Assembly (NCBI GenBank): GCA_963663165.1
Contig: OY760175.1
Location: forward strand, 3,808,001 to 3,872,000
DNA: 64,000 bases
Direction: 5' to 3'
From: an uncultured Desulfospira sp.
Lineage (GTDB): Bacteria > Desulfobacterota > Desulfobacteria > Desulfobacterales > Desulfobacteraceae
The notes beneath the pieces were generated by a model that was not told the origin of the DNA, made no database searches, and saw only the letters and a program-made list of their open reading frames with translations. This document shows, one piece after another, positions 29,426 through 39,365 of the stretch. A program made the translations under genes and the position numbers. How positions within the stretch are numbered: position 1 is the stretch's first letter; each line of letters begins with the position of its first letter.

Positions 29426-29463
29426 TATTCTTTTTTTAATCTTTTGTTGAAAATAAAGAACGG

Positions 29464-29805
29464 TCATGCGGCTTCCAGCACAAAATTCACATGGATAGCG
29501 TCAAAAGGAAATTCTATTTGGCCGCTTTGCGTTTTTATCAAAATCCCGGCTTTTAAAAGCGCATGGACGTCACCATGGACGGCTTTAACATCCCGGCCCA
29601 ATCGTCTGGCTACCTCACGGATAGACAAAGATCCGGCCCCGGTCATGTTCTGAATAAGTTCCCACCGCTTGCCGGAAATAATTTTAAAAAGCAGAGCAGG
29701 GGTCTCAAAACTGATAAAAGCACCTTGAGCCTCGCCGTCAAAAGCGGCCAGAAACCGATTCTCAATTTCTTTTCGTGATGATATTCCTAATGTCACGGTT
29801 TTCAT
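29464..29805 (-). CDS. HTH antitoxin (HVO_A0114/TumA-like)
   Basis: 'SIREVARRLGRDVKAVHGDVHAL..AG', 'FPFDAIHV'. Confidence 0.8.
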   Translation of the reverse strand: MKTVTLGISSRKEIENRFLAAFDGEAQGAFISFETPALLFKIISGKRWELIQNMTGAGSLSIREVARRLGRDVKAVHGDVHALLKAGILIKTQSGQIEFPFDAIHVNFVLEAA

Positions 29806-29806
29806 T

Positions 29807-30088
29807 TTATCCCCTCCAGGCGTCTACATCTTTCCAAAAATCCTGAATTAAAATTTTTGGAGTTGTAAATTCATACGGCATTTCTTTATCTCCAATATGC
29901 TTATGATCCCCTTTGCCTGTTTCACTGTCGTATCGAAGAACACAGAGGCTCTCTACTATGAACGCCAGGCGATATTTAAAATTATATCTGCTCCCGGAAA
30001 GCGGTGTTGGCAGACGCCATACAATCAACTCCACAAAAGATGTTTCCGAGATTATATGACGGTCTTTTAATATCAATTCTGCTTTCAT
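29807..30088 (-). CDS. DUF6516/TumE-like toxin
   Basis: 'FKYRLAF...LRYD.E.GKGDHKH', 'LIQDFW.DV'. Confidence 0.8.
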   Translation of the reverse strand: MKAELILKDRHIISETSFVELIVWRLPTPLSGSRYNFKYRLAFIVESLCVLRYDSETGKGDHKHIGDKEMPYEFTTPKILIQDFWKDVDAWRG

Positions 30089-30136
30089 GTTGGATATAAT
30101 ACCAACACCTATAGAGTGTTGTCAATGACACCAACA
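30088..30136 (-). promoter_or_regulatory. TA promoter with two TGTTG-N10-CAACA operators
   Basis: Palindromes at 30088-30107 and 30117-30136 overlap minus-strand TTGACA (30120-30125) and TGnTATTAT (30096-30104). Confidence 0.7.
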
Positions 30137-30391
30137 TGACATTGTATTATTATTCACTCGCCAAAAATTGCTCCCTGAAAATCAGGGTGATGTTCTATAA
30201 AATGGGTTCTTGATTTTCAAAACAGACACCCCATATAGTGGCCGAATATTTTTCAAAAAATCGGACTTATAGACACCGTCAACGTTTTCTGATACCTTAT
30301 TACCCCTATGAATCTTAGGACTTTTCTCAAATCATCCTAAAAATGACTAACCGGAATATTTCATGAATTCTCGGGGTACAAAGAAAAAACA

Positions 30392-31465
30392 ATGAATTTT
30401 ACAATGGACCACTTGCTTTACCTTCTGGCCAAAATCGCACCCAACATCTATCTTCAAGCCGTTTTAATCATCATTCTGTTTATGTGTGCCGCAAAAACGG
30501 TAGATATTTTGATCAACCGCATTTTCAAAAAATGGACAGAAAAAACAAGACTGGATATTGACGACGATCTCCTTGATATCCTGCATCGACCGGTTTACAT
30601 CAGTATCATCCTATTCGGCCTCGGCCTTGCCACCCGGCGCATGGAATTTAAAGAAATCATCAATTTCATCACTATCGGCAGCCTGAAAACCATTGCCCTT
30701 GTCTACTGGGCCTTTGCGGCTGCCCGGTTTTTCCGATTGATTCTGAATGTCCTGAGCAATGACCGGACCCGGTTCAAAATTATCCAGGACCGTACCCTTC
30801 CCTTGTTTCAAAATCTTTTGATTATCATTGTCAGTGTCCTTTCCATTTACCTGATGTTTCTGGTATGGGATATCGATCTGACGGCGTGGGTCGCCTCGGC
30901 AGGGATTATTGGTCTTGCTGTGTCCTTTGCGGCCAAGGACACCCTGGCAAATCTGTTTTCCGGCGTATTCATCATGGCGGATGCACCATATCAGCTCGGG
31001 GACTATATCGTGCTTGAATCCGGTGAAAGAGGGGCCGTCACCAACATCGGAATCAGAAGTACCCGTCTTCTGACACGGGATGATATCGAAATCACCGTGC
31101 CCAACTCCATCATGGGGAATTCAAAAATTACAAATGAAGCCGGGGGAAGGCATGAAAAATACCGGATCAGGGTTAAAGTTGGGGTTTCCTACGGTTCAAA
31201 CATTGATCAAGTGCATCAGGTCCTGCTGGATATTGCAAAAAATTGCCAGGATGTATGTAAATATCCAGCACCACGGGTCAGATTCAGGGCTTTTGGGGAT
31301 TCAAGCCTTGACCATGAACTGCTCTGCTGGGTGGAGAGACCCGTGATGAGAGGCCGGGCCCTGCATTTGCTGAACTGTGAAGTTTACAAACGGTTTCAAG
31401 AAGAACAGATTGAAATACCGTTTCCCCAGCGTGATATACACATTCATACCGATAAACCTGTGTAA
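30392..31465 (+). CDS. mscS: Small-conductance mechanosensitive channel family protein
   Basis: 'GLAVSFAAKDTLANLFSG', 'GD.I', 'IGIRST', 'VPNS', 'IEIPFPQR'. Confidence 0.9.
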   Translation: MNFTMDHLLYLLAKIAPNIYLQAVLIIILFMCAAKTVDILINRIFKKWTEKTRLDIDDDLLDILHRPVYISIILFGLGLATRRMEFKEIINFITIGSLKTIALVYWAFAAARFFRLILNVLSNDRTRFKIIQDRTLPLFQNLLIIIVSVLSIYLMFLVWDIDLTAWVASAGIIGLAVSFAAKDTLANLFSGVFIMADAPYQLGDYIVLESGERGAVTNIGIRSTRLLTRDDIEITVPNSIMGNSKITNEAGGRHEKYRIRVKVGVSYGSNIDQVHQVLLDIAKNCQDVCKYPAPRVRFRAFGDSSLDHELLCWVERPVMRGRALHLLNCEVYKRFQEEQIEIPFPQRDIHIHTDKPV

Positions 31466-31705
31466 TTCTGATCCGTTATGGGGTGACTATCCGGCGATCT
31501 TAAATTTTCAGCCAGGCATACCAGAACGGTGTCTCCCCCCTGTAAAATCGTGGGCACTGATTTTAGATAGACATCATCAACACGCGGATATTGAACATCT
31601 GCGGCTCGCCTGGACCAGGTTGCCCTTTATGGATTCTCTTAAACGGTCTATTTCGGCATCAAAATGGGGCCGCTAGGAGCATTTTCTGCAAACCATAAAA
31701 AAACT

Positions 31706-31857
31706 GTAACTATTCAGCTAATGCTGAAGACTAAGCAACAACAGGGTCCGTAACTGTTTATCAGTGTTTCATATTTGTTTAGTCAGGACTTCGTAGCATA
31801 CTTTTGCTATGTGAGAAGGCCTGAATGAGCGAAGATGGGGCACTGCTGAACAGTTAC
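31706..31857. mobile_element. 152-bp MITE, second copy (inverted)
   Basis: TIRs gtaactattcagc / gctgaacagttac; 8-bp TSD aaaaaact. Confidence 0.88.
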
Positions 31858-31930
31858 AAAAAACTTTACCATTTAAAAACAGTTGGCTGCAATGATATGC
31901 CAGGTCCGGCCCCATTTGATACCCCCCATT

Positions 31931-32054
31931 CAATGTCATTAACTTAAGCGTTAATACAAGAAACTGGAAACAAGAGACAAGAGGGTGAAGCGCCGTTGGC
32001 GCCCATTTTATAACCCCTGCGCGCTATGCCAAATTTCTTAAGTTAATGGCATTG
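31931..32054. mobile_element. 124-bp MITE with IS4-family-like ends
   Basis: 18-bp TIR caatg(t/c)cattaacttaag with 1 mismatch; 10-bp TSD accccccatt. Confidence 0.85.
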
Positions 32055-32141
32055 ACCCCCCATTTGATACCGATGATGGACGAACGGTGACGGCCTGATA
32101 GCCTTCAGTCTTAAACAACCTTCAGCCTTTCCTGAAAACAA

Positions 32142-32183
32142 CTGCGGGCCGATCCGGATGATACATCCGATTCGGCCCGCAGC
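32142..32183. terminator. Hairpin downstream of dctM
   Basis: ctgcgggccga...tcggcccgcag. Confidence 0.55.
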
Positions 32184-32226
32184 AAGATCAAACCGCTAAT
32201 GGCTAATAGCTAACAGCTTTTCCCCA

Positions 32227-33537
32227 TCACAACGCATGCTCAGGAAGCCATATCACGATGTCCGGGAAGAGCAGCATCAGGATAATTACCGACACGTCAA
32301 TGATGATAAAGGGCAGCGTGGCCTTATAAATGGTCGCCATGGTGATGTTTTCCGGCACCACGCCTTTCATGACAAAGAGCAGGAATCCGAACGGCGGGCT
32401 TTCCATGGCCACTTCCAGGTTCACCAGCATGATCAGGGCGAACCAGATTTCATTGAATCCCAGGGCCTGGACCATGGGCATGAAGATGGGCAGGGTGATG
32501 AGCATGATGGAAACCTGCTCCATAAACATGCCAAGGATAAGGATGACCCCCTGCATGGCGATCATCAGTACCAGGGGCGGCAGGGGAAGTGAGGTAACAA
32601 CTTCCACCATGCTCGAGGTGGCGCCGGAGTATGCCAGGATCTGGCTGAAGGCCAGGGAGCCGGTGACGATCAAAAACATCATCACCGTGATTTTCATTGT
32701 CCCGGCAAGGGATTTCTTGACCAGGTCCATGTTGAGCCGCCCATAGCAGGCAGACAGGATAAAGGTGGACAGGGCACCCATGGCGGCAGATTCCGTCGGA
32801 GTGGCAATGCCAAGGAAAATCAGGCCGATGACCGAAAAAATAACCACACTTAACGGCAGGATGTACTTAACTGTCACCCGCATCTTTTCTTTAAAGGAAA
32901 CCGGCTCCGGTGTGTAGGAAGGCGCCATCTCGGGCTGAATGATACACCGGCCGACAATGTAGCCAATATAAAGGACCGCCAGCAGCAGTCCGGGCATGAT
33001 CCCGCCGATGAGCATCTTGCCAACGGACACATTGGCTATGGCCGCCAGAATAACGGCTAGGGCACTGGGCGGTATGATCATGGCCAGGGCCCCGCACATG
33101 CAGGAGCCAATGGAAATACAGGGATGATACCCGCGTTTTTCCATATCCGGAATCATGATGGACCCCAGCATGGCCGTGGTCCCGATACTGGACCCGCTCA
33201 AACAGGAAAACATGGTGCCCGATGCCAGGGCCAGCACCCCCAGACGTCCGGGCACCCGGCCCAGCCATTTATCCACAACGTCTATGGCCTTTAAGGCCAG
33301 CTGCGAGTGAAACAGCACCTCCCCCATGATGACAAACAGCGGCACCGGCAGCAGGGAAAAGGTCGACACTGAACTGAAGATACTGTCGGCTAGCTGATAA
33401 AATCCGACTACCCCGTCCCAGTAAAAATAGGCCCCGACCAGATTGACCACCAGAAAGCAGAACGCCACAGGCATGCCCGTAACCAGCAATAACATTAGCC
33501 CGCCGATAATCAGCGTTAACGCAGTATACCATTCCAT
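32227..33537 (-). CDS. dctM: TRAP large permease
   Basis: Paralog of 14930..16237; start MEWY at 33537 with GGAGG SD. Confidence 0.92.
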   Translation of the reverse strand: MEWYTALTLIIGGLMLLLVTGMPVAFCFLVVNLVGAYFYWDGVVGFYQLADSIFSSVSTFSLLPVPLFVIMGEVLFHSQLALKAIDVVDKWLGRVPGRLGVLALASGTMFSCLSGSSIGTTAMLGSIMIPDMEKRGYHPCISIGSCMCGALAMIIPPSALAVILAAIANVSVGKMLIGGIMPGLLLAVLYIGYIVGRCIIQPEMAPSYTPEPVSFKEKMRVTVKYILPLSVVIFSVIGLIFLGIATPTESAAMGALSTFILSACYGRLNMDLVKKSLAGTMKITVMMFLIVTGSLAFSQILAYSGATSSMVEVVTSLPLPPLVLMIAMQGVILILGMFMEQVSIMLITLPIFMPMVQALGFNEIWFALIMLVNLEVAMESPPFGFLLFVMKGVVPENITMATIYKATLPFIIIDVSVIILMLLFPDIVIWLPEHAL

Positions 33538-33538
33538 A

Positions 33539-34102
33539 TCACATAGCCTCCGTTTCTGATGATGAGAAGGAAGTCCCCTGTTCGTCCTCGTCTGATTGAC
33601 CATGCTTTGAGCCCCACAGCTCGTTATAAAACTGCCGGAAGGCTTCAATGCAAAGGAAAAAACTGCCAAAGGGAATCACCCAGACCACCGACCATTTCGG
33701 AAGGGTCAGCATTTTGATCATAACGATATCACGCTGGAACAAATCCCATGTGGCGCCGCAGGTTGAAAGAAAGAGAACCAAAATGGCAATGGCCGCCACA
33801 AAAGATGCAAATATTTTGAATTTGCGGGTGATATGGGTAGGGCAAAAGAAAAACAGGATATCCACATTAACATGCCCTTTTTCCCTTAAAAGCCAAGGAC
33901 TTCCCAGAAAGGTAAGATAAACCAGCAGATACTCACACACCTCCATGGCCCATCCTGTGGGATTACGAAAAAGGTAGCGCATTACAACATCATAACAAAT
34001 TAAAAGCATCATAAAGAGTAATATGGCACCGGACACAACGGCCATTGCGTTGAGTATGCCATCGAACCATCGTCCGGACCTGTTCAGCAGTGTCGTCATC
34101 AT
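33539..34102 (-). CDS. dctQ: TRAP small permease
   Basis: 'RYLFRNP..W..E', 'HVNVD'. Confidence 0.9.
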   Translation of the reverse strand: MMTTLLNRSGRWFDGILNAMAVVSGAILLFMMLLICYDVVMRYLFRNPTGWAMEVCEYLLVYLTFLGSPWLLREKGHVNVDILFFFCPTHITRKFKIFASFVAAIAILVLFLSTCGATWDLFQRDIVMIKMLTLPKWSVVWVIPFGSFFLCIEAFRQFYNELWGSKHGQSDEDEQGTSFSSSETEAM

Positions 34103-34227
34103 TACCTTCCATTTTCTTTCTTGTTGGGGGATATTCCGGCTGCCTCGCTTAGGGGTTGCCTAAAGGGACCGGCAGCCGGAGCTTAAACCTTACTTAACGT
34201 TTACTTATTTGCTTATTGTTAACTTCC

Positions 34228-35250
34228 TTATTTCTTCAATGGTTTTGAAATCAATTCTTTGAGCTTGGCGCCGCCCTCAGGGGCTTCTTTAATCACCGTG
34301 GCCCAGGTTTCATCATAGGCCATGTTGCTGTATACTTCAGCTTCTTCAGGTGACAGATGAACTTCCTGAACACCGGCCGCCTTCATAATTTCCCAGGCAT
34401 GTTCCTTTTCACGCAGAACCCGGACCGTATCCACCCCCTCAAAGACTTCCACACAATGTTCAAGTATTTCCTGAAGGTCTTTGGGCAGGCTGTTATACTT
34501 GGTCAGGTTGACGAGCAAAGCGTTTTCCAGCTGGAACACGCCGGGCAAAATTTTATACTTGGTCACCTCGTGCCATCCCCAGTCGGGAATCTCAAAATCC
34601 GAGGTCCACATATACCCGTCCACAACGCCCCGCTGCATGGCCGTGTAAACATCCGTGGGCGGAATGATGATGGGCTTGGCACCCAATTTTTTGATAAACG
34701 GGATGTAAAGGGGCATGGCCCGGATTTTCAGGCCTTTGAAATCCTCAAGTTTTTCTACTTTCTTAGAGGTGTAGATGTTAAAGTCAATAACGGACTGAAT
34801 GGTGCCGATGTACTTTGCATTGATCTTTTCCTGACAAATTTTATCCCAGATGTCATGGACCCCTGTCAGCCGTTCCTCCCAGGCCGCCAGCCGGGAAAGG
34901 CCTTTTGCCTGAAGTTCGGGCGCAAAGGCTTTAAGATAAGCAAAGGGCGTATGCAGAATCATGTCGATGGTGCCCCGCCGGACCGCCTCGCCCTGGTCAA
35001 ATGACTTGACCACTTCCGGACCGCCCACATAATTGATTTTCAACCGTCCGTCGGACTGTTTTTCAATCATCTTGATCAGATCGGGCAGGGCCCGGTTGAC
35101 CATGGCGGTTTTGGGAAAGGCCGTCACCGCCTTGAGCGTAATTGTGTCTGAGGCCATAGAAGCCCCCGGTGCGGACAACATCGCACCCATTACCATTAGA
35201 AGAGCTGCAGCAGGAAGCCAAATCCAGGAATTTCTCATTTTCATGTCCAT
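34228..35250 (-). CDS. dctP: TRAP substrate-binding protein (start may be 35244)
   Basis: Signal peptide; 'DFKGLKIRAMP', 'VYTAMQRGVVDG'. Confidence 0.9.
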   Translation of the reverse strand: MDMKMRNSWIWLPAAALLMVMGAMLSAPGASMASDTITLKAVTAFPKTAMVNRALPDLIKMIEKQSDGRLKINYVGGPEVVKSFDQGEAVRRGTIDMILHTPFAYLKAFAPELQAKGLSRLAAWEERLTGVHDIWDKICQEKINAKYIGTIQSVIDFNIYTSKKVEKLEDFKGLKIRAMPLYIPFIKKLGAKPIIIPPTDVYTAMQRGVVDGYMWTSDFEIPDWGWHEVTKYKILPGVFQLENALLVNLTKYNSLPKDLQEILEHCVEVFEGVDTVRVLREKEHAWEIMKAAGVQEVHLSPEEAEVYSNMAYDETWATVIKEAPEGGAKLKELISKPLKK

Positions 35251-35494
35251 TCTCCTTTTCAGTGTTTATGGTTTGGGTTGGCATTAAGACGGATCAAGCA
35301 CAGCTGAATCCGTTTCCATTTACATTTTGACTCAACACCTGTCTTTCAAAAAAAAATGCAATCCTTACAAATTAAGAGATTGCTTGGGGTTGCAATTTTT
35401 TTGCGCCTTGCATCTCGAGCTGCTTTACATCCAAAATTGGTGGGGCCGGTCACATTTTCCCGGCCCCGGTTTTATTCATGTTGGCCAGTAATGG

Positions 35495-36328
35495 TTACTT
35501 GGCCAATACAATGGTTCCCATGTTTCTATCAACATCGGTTTTGATATCAATGGTCTGGGTTTTATAGCCGTCATATTCAACATTGATCTGAAATGTTTTG
35601 CCGGCTTCAAGGCCCTTAAATTCAAAATCACCCAGAAAATCCGTTGTGCTGGTCATTTCGGTGCCGTCGCCTTTAAGGGTTACCTTAACCCCCTGGCTGC
35701 AAACATCCTGCTGATCTTCAAGCAGGACTTCGCCCATGACCACCCGCTTGGGAACATTCCGGTAAACCACGTTGGAATGCAATCCAAATGCGGGATTCAG
35801 TTGCTCGGTGGGGGCCGATGCAATGTCCTTTGAAAGCGCGCTGTTGGGATCATCAAGGTCACCAAACAAGATGGCGCCGCTCGGACATGCCTCAGCGCAT
35901 CTGGGCTCTTTTGCGCCCTTTTCGAGTAAATGGACACAAAAGCTGCATTTCTGGGGAACATCCAGAACCGCATTCCAGGAAATGGCCCGGTAGGGGCAAT
36001 AGGTCATGATGTCTCTGTTGCCTTTTGCCTTTTCAGGGTCAATCACGACGATACCGTCATCCCGGCGGTAAACCTCTCCGTCTACGGCCTTGGCCACACA
36101 AGGAGCATCCTTACACTGAAGGCATGGCATGGCAATGTAATCCACCTTAACCTTGGGGCAGGTTCCCATTTCTTTTTCCGTGACCTTCATAAAGGGTTTG
36201 CTGTCATGGGGAATGGCTAACGAAAAGGGCGGATAATCGTTTCCGGAATATTCGTCCTTGCATGCCAGAAAGCAATTATAGCAGCCATTGCATTTGTTTA
36301 CATCTATTCTCATTCCATATTTGGCCAT
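35495..36328 (-). CDS. bthL: Transhydroxylase beta subunit (BthL-like, 3x[4Fe-4S])
   Basis: 'CNGCYNCFLACKDE', 'IDPEKAKG...CPY', C-terminal 'TDFLGDFEF' beta-sandwich. Confidence 0.8.
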   Translation of the reverse strand: MAKYGMRIDVNKCNGCYNCFLACKDEYSGNDYPPFSLAIPHDSKPFMKVTEKEMGTCPKVKVDYIAMPCLQCKDAPCVAKAVDGEVYRRDDGIVVIDPEKAKGNRDIMTYCPYRAISWNAVLDVPQKCSFCVHLLEKGAKEPRCAEACPSGAILFGDLDDPNSALSKDIASAPTEQLNPAFGLHSNVVYRNVPKRVVMGEVLLEDQQDVCSQGVKVTLKGDGTEMTSTTDFLGDFEFKGLEAGKTFQINVEYDGYKTQTIDIKTDVDRNMGTIVLAK

Positions 36329-36332
36329 TGGT

Positions 36333-38849
36333 TTAACCCTCCCATTTTCCAATTTCAATCAGACAGGTATTTGGTGTCATCCCCGGTACATTCTGGGACA
36401 TCATGGTGGATGATGTAAGGATATTGACACATCCGCCCCTGTCTACCGAGTCTGCTTTGCCGGGTTCCAACGGATCATAATTGGCGGCTGATCCATAGCT
36501 GTGAACCACCCCTTCGGGAACCCTTTCGGTAATCACTGCGGCACACAGAACCGTGCCCCGGTCATTGTAGAGTTTAACGATATCTTCCTGCCGAATTCCG
36601 CGTTTGGCGGCATCGGCCGGGTTGATCCTCACCGGCCAGTAGGCATAGCCGTCCTTTTTGATCCGGTGGGTGGGGATATCATTGAGCCAGTCCGTGTGTT
36701 TATCATACATGGTATGGAAACTGAACCGCGGATGGGGGCTGATGATCTGAAGCGGGTATTTTTCCCGGATGGGGCTCTTATGACCTTCCCAGCTTTCAAT
36801 GTAATGGGGCACAACAGGCCTTTCCTGGTCATCGGGAAGATTTGCTTTAAGGCTCTGAGAGGCAAATTCAAACTTTCCGCTGTAGGTACTCAGCTCATTG
36901 GCTTTGTCTGTTCCCCGTTTGGGATTCATGGAATCCGGGGTATCGCAGGCGCGGCCTTCATTGAACCAGCGCAATGCCGGGGTCGCCTTGTAATCATCGG
37001 ACGGGCTGATAATAATGTAGCCTTTTTTATCAAACTCTTCCCAGCTCATGATTTTGGGCAGGTCTGAAATTTCATAATAGGCCTTGGCCCAGTCCATGGT
37101 CGTTCTGCCACCGTCGGTATAAAGGTCCTTTTTACCCAGTTTTTCAGAAAGCGCCGTAAAAATTTCATAGTCAGGCCTTGACTCCCACAGGGGCTCAATG
37201 GCTTTTTGCTGGCGGACAATGATCCGGTAGTTGCACCCATTGTTGCCATGGTTGCTGTAGCCGCCGGCGGCGGCCCATTCTGCCCAGTCATCTCTTTCAA
37301 GGGCCGTACAGGCCGGAAAGATGATGTCGGCAAACTTGGTTTCACTGCAGTACCAGCAATCCTGGTTAACCACGAATTCCAGGTTCGGGCTCTGGTACAT
37401 CTTTACCCATTTGCTGGTATCGCTCATGGTCCCGATGAAGCTACCGCCGTATCTGTAGAACATCTTTATGTCGGAATACCCTTCCAGGGGATAGGTGAAT
37501 TTCTGGAACTGCATTTCAAGGTTCTGACCGCAGAAACCGGCACCGGTCCAGGCATCTTTCTTATTTATAATGGCATCGGGAAGGGTCAGTCTGTAAAGGC
37601 GCTGCTTGGTGGGGTTGGTGATCTTGGTCCGGGCGGCTCTGGTAATGGCCATCCGGGTGTCGAGATCCGCATATCCGGGAACATAAAAAGAGGTGTCGGC
37701 CGGACAGCCCATGGTGGTTCCCCAAATGGAGGTACCGGGTTTGCCAAGTCCCTGCATGGCTTGAAGAAGAACCATCAGTCTGGCCCACTCCGTTCCGAAA
37801 GCAGTTCGGCACGCCCCGCCTTCACCGCCCCTGGTACCGGCGGAAAGGATGGTCTTTTTGGCAGCCCACTCTTTGGCCAGGGACCGAATCTTTCTGGCGG
37901 GAATTCCGGACTCTTCTGAAGCCCACTCAGGGGTTTTGGCCTGGCCGTCTTCTTTTCCGGTGACGTATTCTTTGAACTCGTCAAACCCCACGGTCCTGTT
38001 TTCAACAAAGTCCTTGTCATAGGTATCGTCTTCAATCCAGGTGTAGGCGATGGCCAGGGCAACCGCGGCGTTTGAATCCGGGTTGGGGGGCAGCCAGGTG
38101 CCGTCCATATGAGCTGCGGTATAGTTGAAGTAAGGATCAAGGAAAACCATTTTAACGCCTTTTTCCTTGAGCCACTGCCGCCAGATAACAGAATCCTGGC
38201 CGCAGTAAATGGCATGGGTCGTATCCGGGTCATTGGACCAGAAAACGATCATCTCAGCATTCTGCATGGCATCTTCAAGAAGGTCATACTGCTCGGGCAT
38301 GCCCAGGCGCCAGAAAAATCCCCAGGCATGGGTGGCACCCCAGTGCCAGCCTTCCCAGGAGTCCGGGTTGTCCAGTACCGGCGTAAATTCCAGCATGTCC
38401 ATGAAGCGGGGGAAGGGTCCCATTTTATAGCCGACAATACCCCAGTTATGGTGGGATGATGTGATGCCGGTAATGGCAGATCCGCCGTATTCGCCCTGGA
38501 TTCTCTTGATCTCATTGGCCGTAATATCCAGCGCCTCTTCCCAGCTGATCCGTTCGTAGCCGGACTTGCCCCTGTTCTGGGGATTTCTCTCCCCATTGGG
38601 ATCAAAATCCACTCGTTTCATGGGGTATTTAATTCTGTCAGCGGAATACAGGCGGGTCCTTTCGGCATGGACAAAAGGCGCCAGGTTTGCCTTTAACGGC
38701 GGGCTGTATTTTTTTCCATCGGCCTCAATTGTCCAGGGTTTAAAATCCTCTTCCTGCATAATCAAAGGCTGAACCCTGGTAACTTTTCCGTCGGTTACCG
38801 TTACTGATATTGGCCCTTCATTTGTGCAGCTTGAATAGACTTTTTCCAT
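36333..38849 (-). CDS. athL: Pyrogallol-phloroglucinol transhydroxylase-like alpha subunit (AthL-like)
   Basis: 'SSHHNWG.VGY', 'NPDSWEGWHWG..H.WGF.WRLG.PEQYDLLED', 'SPHPRFS.HT', 'DRGGCVNILT'. Confidence 0.8.
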   Translation of the reverse strand: MEKVYSSCTNEGPISVTVTDGKVTRVQPLIMQEEDFKPWTIEADGKKYSPPLKANLAPFVHAERTRLYSADRIKYPMKRVDFDPNGERNPQNRGKSGYERISWEEALDITANEIKRIQGEYGGSAITGITSSHHNWGIVGYKMGPFPRFMDMLEFTPVLDNPDSWEGWHWGATHAWGFFWRLGMPEQYDLLEDAMQNAEMIVFWSNDPDTTHAIYCGQDSVIWRQWLKEKGVKMVFLDPYFNYTAAHMDGTWLPPNPDSNAAVALAIAYTWIEDDTYDKDFVENRTVGFDEFKEYVTGKEDGQAKTPEWASEESGIPARKIRSLAKEWAAKKTILSAGTRGGEGGACRTAFGTEWARLMVLLQAMQGLGKPGTSIWGTTMGCPADTSFYVPGYADLDTRMAITRAARTKITNPTKQRLYRLTLPDAIINKKDAWTGAGFCGQNLEMQFQKFTYPLEGYSDIKMFYRYGGSFIGTMSDTSKWVKMYQSPNLEFVVNQDCWYCSETKFADIIFPACTALERDDWAEWAAAGGYSNHGNNGCNYRIIVRQQKAIEPLWESRPDYEIFTALSEKLGKKDLYTDGGRTTMDWAKAYYEISDLPKIMSWEEFDKKGYIIISPSDDYKATPALRWFNEGRACDTPDSMNPKRGTDKANELSTYSGKFEFASQSLKANLPDDQERPVVPHYIESWEGHKSPIREKYPLQIISPHPRFSFHTMYDKHTDWLNDIPTHRIKKDGYAYWPVRINPADAAKRGIRQEDIVKLYNDRGTVLCAAVITERVPEGVVHSYGSAANYDPLEPGKADSVDRGGCVNILTSSTMMSQNVPGMTPNTCLIEIGKWEG

Positions 38850-39365
38850 AACATTTCCTTTTAAAAGTCAATTAATATTAATTGGTATAAAATTACCCAT
38901 AAATGTTAATTTTTTTGCCAATCTATTTTTCTTATGCTAATGATAAGCATTTTGTCAATAAAAAACCGGCTTATCATTGACATCTTGGTCAAAAAGCCGG
39001 GCTTATTTACACATTATCGCTGTGGTGAGACCGTGTTTCCCTTTTTTACAGCTTTCCCCACAGTACCGGAGGGTACCGGGAAAAGTCGCACAAATTGATT
39101 TGGATCTGAACTGATTACGCCTGTAGTATTCCCAGGTAACATAACGCATCCTTTATAAATAATGCCATTAAAGAAGCATTTACTGTCCCAGCGATTTAGA
39201 CTGAACCGATCATTATAGATCGAAATAAATATGTCAATATAAAAAAGCCTTTTTTTTCAAAATTTTATTCAAACTGAAAAAAAAATGGAATTTTATATTG
39301 ACAGATTTCCTAATATTCGTAGTATCATGGTATAAATTCACTTCTATCAGGACAAAAATTAAAAA

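Noticed and set aside
29274..31857. Composite transposon formed by the two MITEs around TA+mscS
   Set aside because: Each MITE has its own distinct TSD, so they inserted independently
35390..35410. Sigma-54 promoter upstream of dctP
   Set aside because: GG-GC spacing is 12 nt, not 10
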